Made by a program: the position numbers and the translations under genes | Part shown: one piece after another, positions 60,099 to 64,000 of the stretch | Numbering within the stretch: position 1 is the stretch's first letter | Layout of the letters: each line of letters starts with the position of its first letter | Notes under the pieces: generated by a model | The model's input: only the letters and a program-made list of their open reading frames with translations | Database searches by the model: none | What the model was told of the DNA's origin: nothing | Source of the DNA: Cyanophora paradoxa CCMP329 | Lineage: Eukaryota > Plantae > Glaucophyta | Reading direction: 5' to 3' | Length of the DNA: 64,000 nt | NCBI GenBank assembly: GCA_004431415.1 | Contig: QPMI01000127.1 | Coordinates: 124,001 to 188,000, forward strand

Positions 60099-60497
60099 AT
60101 GGACTGGCTCAGCGACCCCCGCCTCGACGCCCGCTGGCGCGACCGCCTCCAGCGCGTCCGTTTGCGGCTAACCCGCCAGGGCGTCGCGCTCTACACCGAC
60201 ATCCACGACTCCCCCGAGCTCGGCCCCGCCGCCTGGCACCTCGCAGGCCACCCCGACGCCTCCGCCCGCTGGTACGAGGTCGCACGCCACCGCCGCGGCT
60301 CCGGCGTCTTCTGCGGCGCACCCGCCACCGCCGCCGCACCCGTCCTCGCAGACCCCGCCGCCGCCCTCCCCTGCCGCTTCGGCACCTACCGCGCCGCCGA
60401 GGCCCTCTCCGCCGCCGCCCACCGCGAGGGCCTCCTCGCAGACTGGTCCGGCGCCCACCGCGAGTGCGTCGTCCTCACCCTCCCAGACCCCAGCTAG
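60099..60497 (+). CDS. Element ORF D (132 aa), hypothetical
   Basis: MDWLSDPRLDARWRDRLQRVRLRLTRQGV...EGLLADWSGAHRECVVL; intact in both arms. Confidence 0.6.
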   Translation: MDWLSDPRLDARWRDRLQRVRLRLTRQGVALYTDIHDSPELGPAAWHLAGHPDASARWYEVARHRRGSGVFCGAPATAAAPVLADPAAALPCRFGTYRAAEALSAAAHREGLLADWSGAHRECVVLTLPDPS

Positions 60498-60701
60498 ACC
60501 GCGCCAGATCCCCCCATTACTTTACTTATCTCTGAGAAATTGGCACCAGTCCGCTCGGCGTGCGAGCGAGAAAGCACCAGATTTCCCTGATGAAGTACGG
60601 TTCTTTGCAATTTTGGAAAGCGTTCTAACTAGTGTATAGTACACATCTACACCTAGGACCATAGGATCTTAGGATCTTAGGATCAAAGGGGTCCTAAAAA
60701 A

Positions 60702-61449
60702 GTTACTTCTGGCGGGAGTAGTGGGCCAAAGTGTTTTCGACTCGTGGTGCGAGCGAGACGATCGTGGCCCTGGCTCGCTGCACCGCGGCCTCCCTTGTCG
60801 TGCACGCATCCATGGAGAGGGGATGTTGCTCCACATGAGGCCGTCGACGTAGATGTTCATGGCCGCGCGGTAGCCGCCGGTGCGGAGGGGGTGGCGTAGG
60901 CGCAGGCCTCGTCGCAGCCGCTGGAGATGGCCATGAAGACCACCAGGAAGGAATCGTTGAGATCGGTTACCCCGAAACGTCAAAGTCGACGGACCGCTCG
61001 CCCCAGGGAAGCCCAGGGAACTGGTCCTTCATGATCGCCAGCGCCTCGTTTCGCAGCTCGAGCTGCGCCTTACGCCGCCGCTCCGCCTCCCTCCACCGGG
61101 CCTCCCGCGCCTCGCGCTCCTTGCGCACCGCCTCCTCCTCCGCTGCCTTCCTCGCCACCCTCTCGGCCTCCTGCACCCTTGCCGCCTCCGCTGCCGCCGC
61201 CTCCGCCTGTCGCCGCGCCTCCTCCTCCGCAGCCCTCTTCCGCGCCGCCTCCAGCTCCTCCAGTCGCGTCTGCCGCTGGTAGATCGCCTGCCCCTTCGCC
61301 ACGATGCGCGAGTTGAGGCGCTCCTCGCTCTCCCCCGCCTGCTGCAGCGGCTCCTCGTCCGACATGCCATCCTCGTCCCTCGAGTACTGCCGTCGCCACC
61401 GGAAGACGAAGCGGTTCGAGCGCTGCACCGGGATGACGTGCGGCGGCAT
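60702..61449 (-). CDS. Element ORF C, right-arm copy (frameshifted in this assembly)
   Basis: Mirror of 56265-57020 with homopolymer indels. Confidence 0.55.
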
Positions 61450-61904
61450 GCCCACCCAGCGTCCACGCTTTCGACCAGCGACCCCACCGCAGTCCGCCGA
61501 CATGGTACCTGGGCCAGGTAGGAGTTTTGGTCCAGGACCCTTATGATCCTAAGATCCTAAGATCCTATGATCCTCGTGCCTTAAGTTTACTGGGCCCGAC
61601 CGGCGACCCCACCGCAGTCCGCCGACATGGTACCTGGGCCAGGTAGGAGTTTTGGTCCAGGACCCCTATGATCCTAAGATCCTAAGATCCTATGGTCCTC
61701 GCACCTTAAGTTTACTGGACCCTTCGGCCAGCGGCGCGCCCTTTTTAGGCCGCCCCCGAACCGCCCCCGCCCCCGCACCCAGGGGTGGTTCCGGGTCCGT
61801 CGCCAACCCGACAAGCTAACCCAGCTAACCCCACCAGCTAAACCGACCAGCCAACCCGAGCCCGCCAACCCGAGCCCACCCCAACCGGATTCTGATTGTA
61901 AATT

Positions 61905-62411
61905 CTACACATTGCGAGACAGCAGTGACTTTGCAAAGTCCAGGACGGCCGCCGCCTGCACTACAGCGTCCCCGTACGCTTGCAGCGCCCGCCCCCGCTC
62001 CTGCTGAAGGTCGTCCTGAGGTGGCACTGCGACAGGCGGACTTGGCGCCTGCTCCTTGGGCGCCTCCACCCGCTCCTTGACAGACGTTGGCTCCTTCTCC
62101 GGCACAACGTTGGCGTTTCTGTCGAACTTGACGCGCAGAACCTTGTTTCCCCATGAGCGCTGCCTGTCGATCTCCGCCTGGACGGCAGGGCCAAGCTCCT
62201 CGATCTTGTCCTTGCTCGCCAGCGCCACCGGGATCCGCCCCACGTGGCTTGGCTGGCCCAGTATTCGGAAGTAAGCCCAGTCGCCGGGCGGCAGGCTCGC
62301 GTACAGCCCCATCGGAAGCTTGTAGGCGTGGCGGTCGACGACGCGCGGTTTGCGCTTGCCCTCCTTGCTGCCACATGAGCGCTTGCGCTTCTTGACAGTC
62401 GCGTCCGCCAT
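61905..62411 (-). CDS. Element ORF B, right-arm copy
   Basis: Same protein as 55312-55818. Confidence 0.65.
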   Translation of the reverse strand: MADATVKKRKRSCGSKEGKRKPRVVDRHAYKLPMGLYASLPPGDWAYFRILGQPSHVGRIPVALASKDKIEELGPAVQAEIDRQRSWGNKVLRVKFDRNANVVPEKEPTSVKERVEAPKEQAPSPPVAVPPQDDLQQERGRALQAYGDAVVQAAAVLDFAKSLLSRNV

Positions 62412-62643
62412 TGCGCCACCCAGAGTGAGCCCGCCCCGCTCGCCCGCCCCTATAAAGCCGCCCCGAACCGCCCCCGTCCCCGCACCCAGGGGTGGTTCCG
62501 GGTCCGTCGCCAACCCGAGCCGCCAACCCCAGCCGCCAACCCCAGCCGCCAACCCGAGCCCGCCAACCCGAGCGCACCCCAGCTTGGCAGAGGAAGGAGC
62601 ACTTTATTCGAATATCTCAAATCTCTCTACGTGCACAGCGTGC

Positions 62644-63192
62644 TTACAAATCAGCAGGCTGAGGGTTGACGGGGTCGTTCCAAGTCGGGTTCGCGTCACA
62701 GCCGAAGATGAAAGTAGCGCAGCGGGGTTTACGGAAGTGGGTGCGTGGATACGGCAGCTCGATCGGGCCGCCTTCAGGCCACTCCGAGCGCCACTCGCAC
62801 CCCAGCCCCCCAAGGATGCCACGGATGCGCTCCTCGTCCGTGATTGGAGCACGGTTCGTCTTCTCGCACCACTCGCGGTACAGGTCGAGCAGGTCCTCCT
62901 TTCGGATATACCACTTCTTGTAAGTGCGGTCGTCCCGTGTAATCGTGGCATCCAGCTCAACCTTGATGCGCCCGGTCTGCATGAAAGAGGCAAAGCAGCC
63001 CTCCGGTTGCGCCGCCAGCTTCCGTGCACGCGCCCCGCGCTCCAGAGCTGCGTCGTAGGCGCAGCGCCTCTTCTTGACCTCGGTCTCCAGGGCCCGCACC
63101 TCCGCTTGAGCTTGCTCGGAGCGCTTGATGACTTCCATCATCTCCTCGAAGGTTGTCGCAATCTCGCGCTCAGCGCCCTCGATGTCCGCCAT
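62644..63192 (-). CDS. Element ORF A (182 aa): coiled coil plus winged helix resembling the D5/P4 primase-helicase C-terminal domain
   Basis: YIRKEDLLDLYREWCEKTNRAPITDEERIRGILGGLG...TFIFGC fits the LY..Y..WC...(N/G)......F...L...G...G pattern. Recognised from memory. Confidence 0.65.
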   Translation of the reverse strand: MADIEGAEREIATTFEEMMEVIKRSEQAQAEVRALETEVKKRRCAYDAALERGARARKLAAQPEGCFASFMQTGRIKVELDATITRDDRTYKKWYIRKEDLLDLYREWCEKTNRAPITDEERIRGILGGLGCEWRSEWPEGGPIELPYPRTHFRKPRCATFIFGCDANPTWNDPVNPQPADL

Positions 63193-63926
63193 CGCGCCGC
63201 CCAGAGTGAGCCCGCCCCGCCCGTCCCGGGCCCCCCAGCCCCGCACTGCCGCCAGAATCACCCCAGCCAGGGCCACCCGGGCCGATTCCCCGCGTCGCCG
63301 TACCCCCACCACGCCGCGCAACCCCATTCGTCCGTTTTTCACGCCCCGTCCAGGGCACCCCCACCCCGCTCAATAGCCCGCCAATCGCAACTCAATAGGC
63401 ATATATTCGGGTATATGTCCATTCACAGGGTGTATACATATACGCATACCGCGCGTCCCCGTCACAATCACCCCCCCTCCCCGTGCCTCCCCGCACCCGT
63501 ACCCCCGCACGCCTCGCCCCCACCCGCCCCCCGGTCGCTCCCAGGGGGGGTACCACCACCCTCGAAAAACGCAGGGTATTAGGACGACAACCTTAGTCAC
63601 GACGCTCGCTCACGGTAAGAACCACGGTTTCTACGGTCGTGGGACCAGTGGGCTAAGGTTGTCAACTCGGAACCCTGGGGATTTCGTGGGTCGGCGGTAC
63701 CCCCCCGGGACCGGCGTGCGGGGGGGTCGAGCCAGGCGTGGCCCGCCACGGGTACGCCGACCCGCCACCGCCACGCGTGACTCCCGTGACTCCCGTGGCA
63801 CCCGTGACGCGGGCGGTGGGGTGCAGCCGCACGGGCCTGGTGTGAGCTTGCTAGGGCGCTCGCCCCTCGGGGTCCGGGCCGGGGGCCGGCGTGGGAAAGA
63901 TTTCGGTGCGATTGTTGAGAGAGGGC

Positions 63927-64000
63927 ATGGAGCCGCGATTTGATCGTTTTGGCGAGCTTCCCGTCGAACTGCAGGCCAATATTCTCATCGACCAGCAGTC
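63927..64000 (+). CDS. Start of a probable F-box protein, truncated by the window end
   Basis: MEPRFDRFGELPVELQANILIDQQ has the F..LP.EL...IL F-box start. Only 24 codons are visible. Confidence 0.5.
   Translation, partial: MEPRFDRFGELPVELQANILIDQQ

Larger units (their letters stand above)
54136..63590. mobile_element. ~9.45-kb palindrome (two ~4.72-kb inverted arms, apex 58856) of compact intronless ORFs; putative virus-like or plasmid-like element end
   Basis: 54136-58855 is the reverse complement of 58857-63590 (apex CCACTTC-T-GAAGTGG). The arm differences I checked are 1-bp homopolymer indels. The inverted repeat itself is certain; the element call is inference. Confidence 0.75.

Noticed and set aside
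54534-61449. Frameshifts in arm copies as pseudogenisation or programmed frameshifting
   Set aside because: The ones checked are 1-bp homopolymer indels with an intact copy on the other arm, typical of unpolished long-read error.
62350-63582. 410-aa plus-strand ORF in the right arm
   Set aside because: It is antisense to ORFs A and B, runs through repeats and is not intact in the left arm.
54136-63590. Assignment to a named class (Polinton, virophage, giant virus, foldback transposon)
   Set aside because: No polB, integrase, transposase, capsid or packaging ATPase and no target-site duplication are visible in the window, so the class cannot be supported.

Overview
This is eukaryotic, very GC-rich genomic DNA with many short introns and frequent GC-AG donors. 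An MAF-type plastid transit peptide suggests a glaucophyte-like alga (inference). Most long ORFs in the supplied track are GC artefacts, so gene models were rebuilt by eye from exon fragments and their boundaries are approximate. Bases 1-54 kb hold host genes: a NAK-family kinase, an SFR1/Mei5-like protein, a coiled-coil hypothetical, an atypical Hsp70, a PiT phosphate transporter, three F-box-like genes, three tandem copies of an unknown gene, a plastid Rossmann+CIA30 protein (plus a duplicated 3' fragment), ATG10, a filamin-repeat protein and a hybrid histidine kinase. From 54136 to 63590 the character changes abruptly to a ~9.45 kb near-perfect palindrome with a 1-nt apex at 58856. Each arm carries seven compact intronless ORFs with shared upstream motifs: a D5-C-terminal-like winged helix, an AP2-like NLS protein, a coiled-coil protein bracketed by 41-bp repeat sites, a 132-aa ORF and three paralogous Gly-rich two-helix membrane peptides. 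This resembles the hairpin end of a virus-like or plasmid-like linear element. A fold-back assembly artefact cannot be excluded, and no capsid, polymerase or integrase gene lies inside the window.
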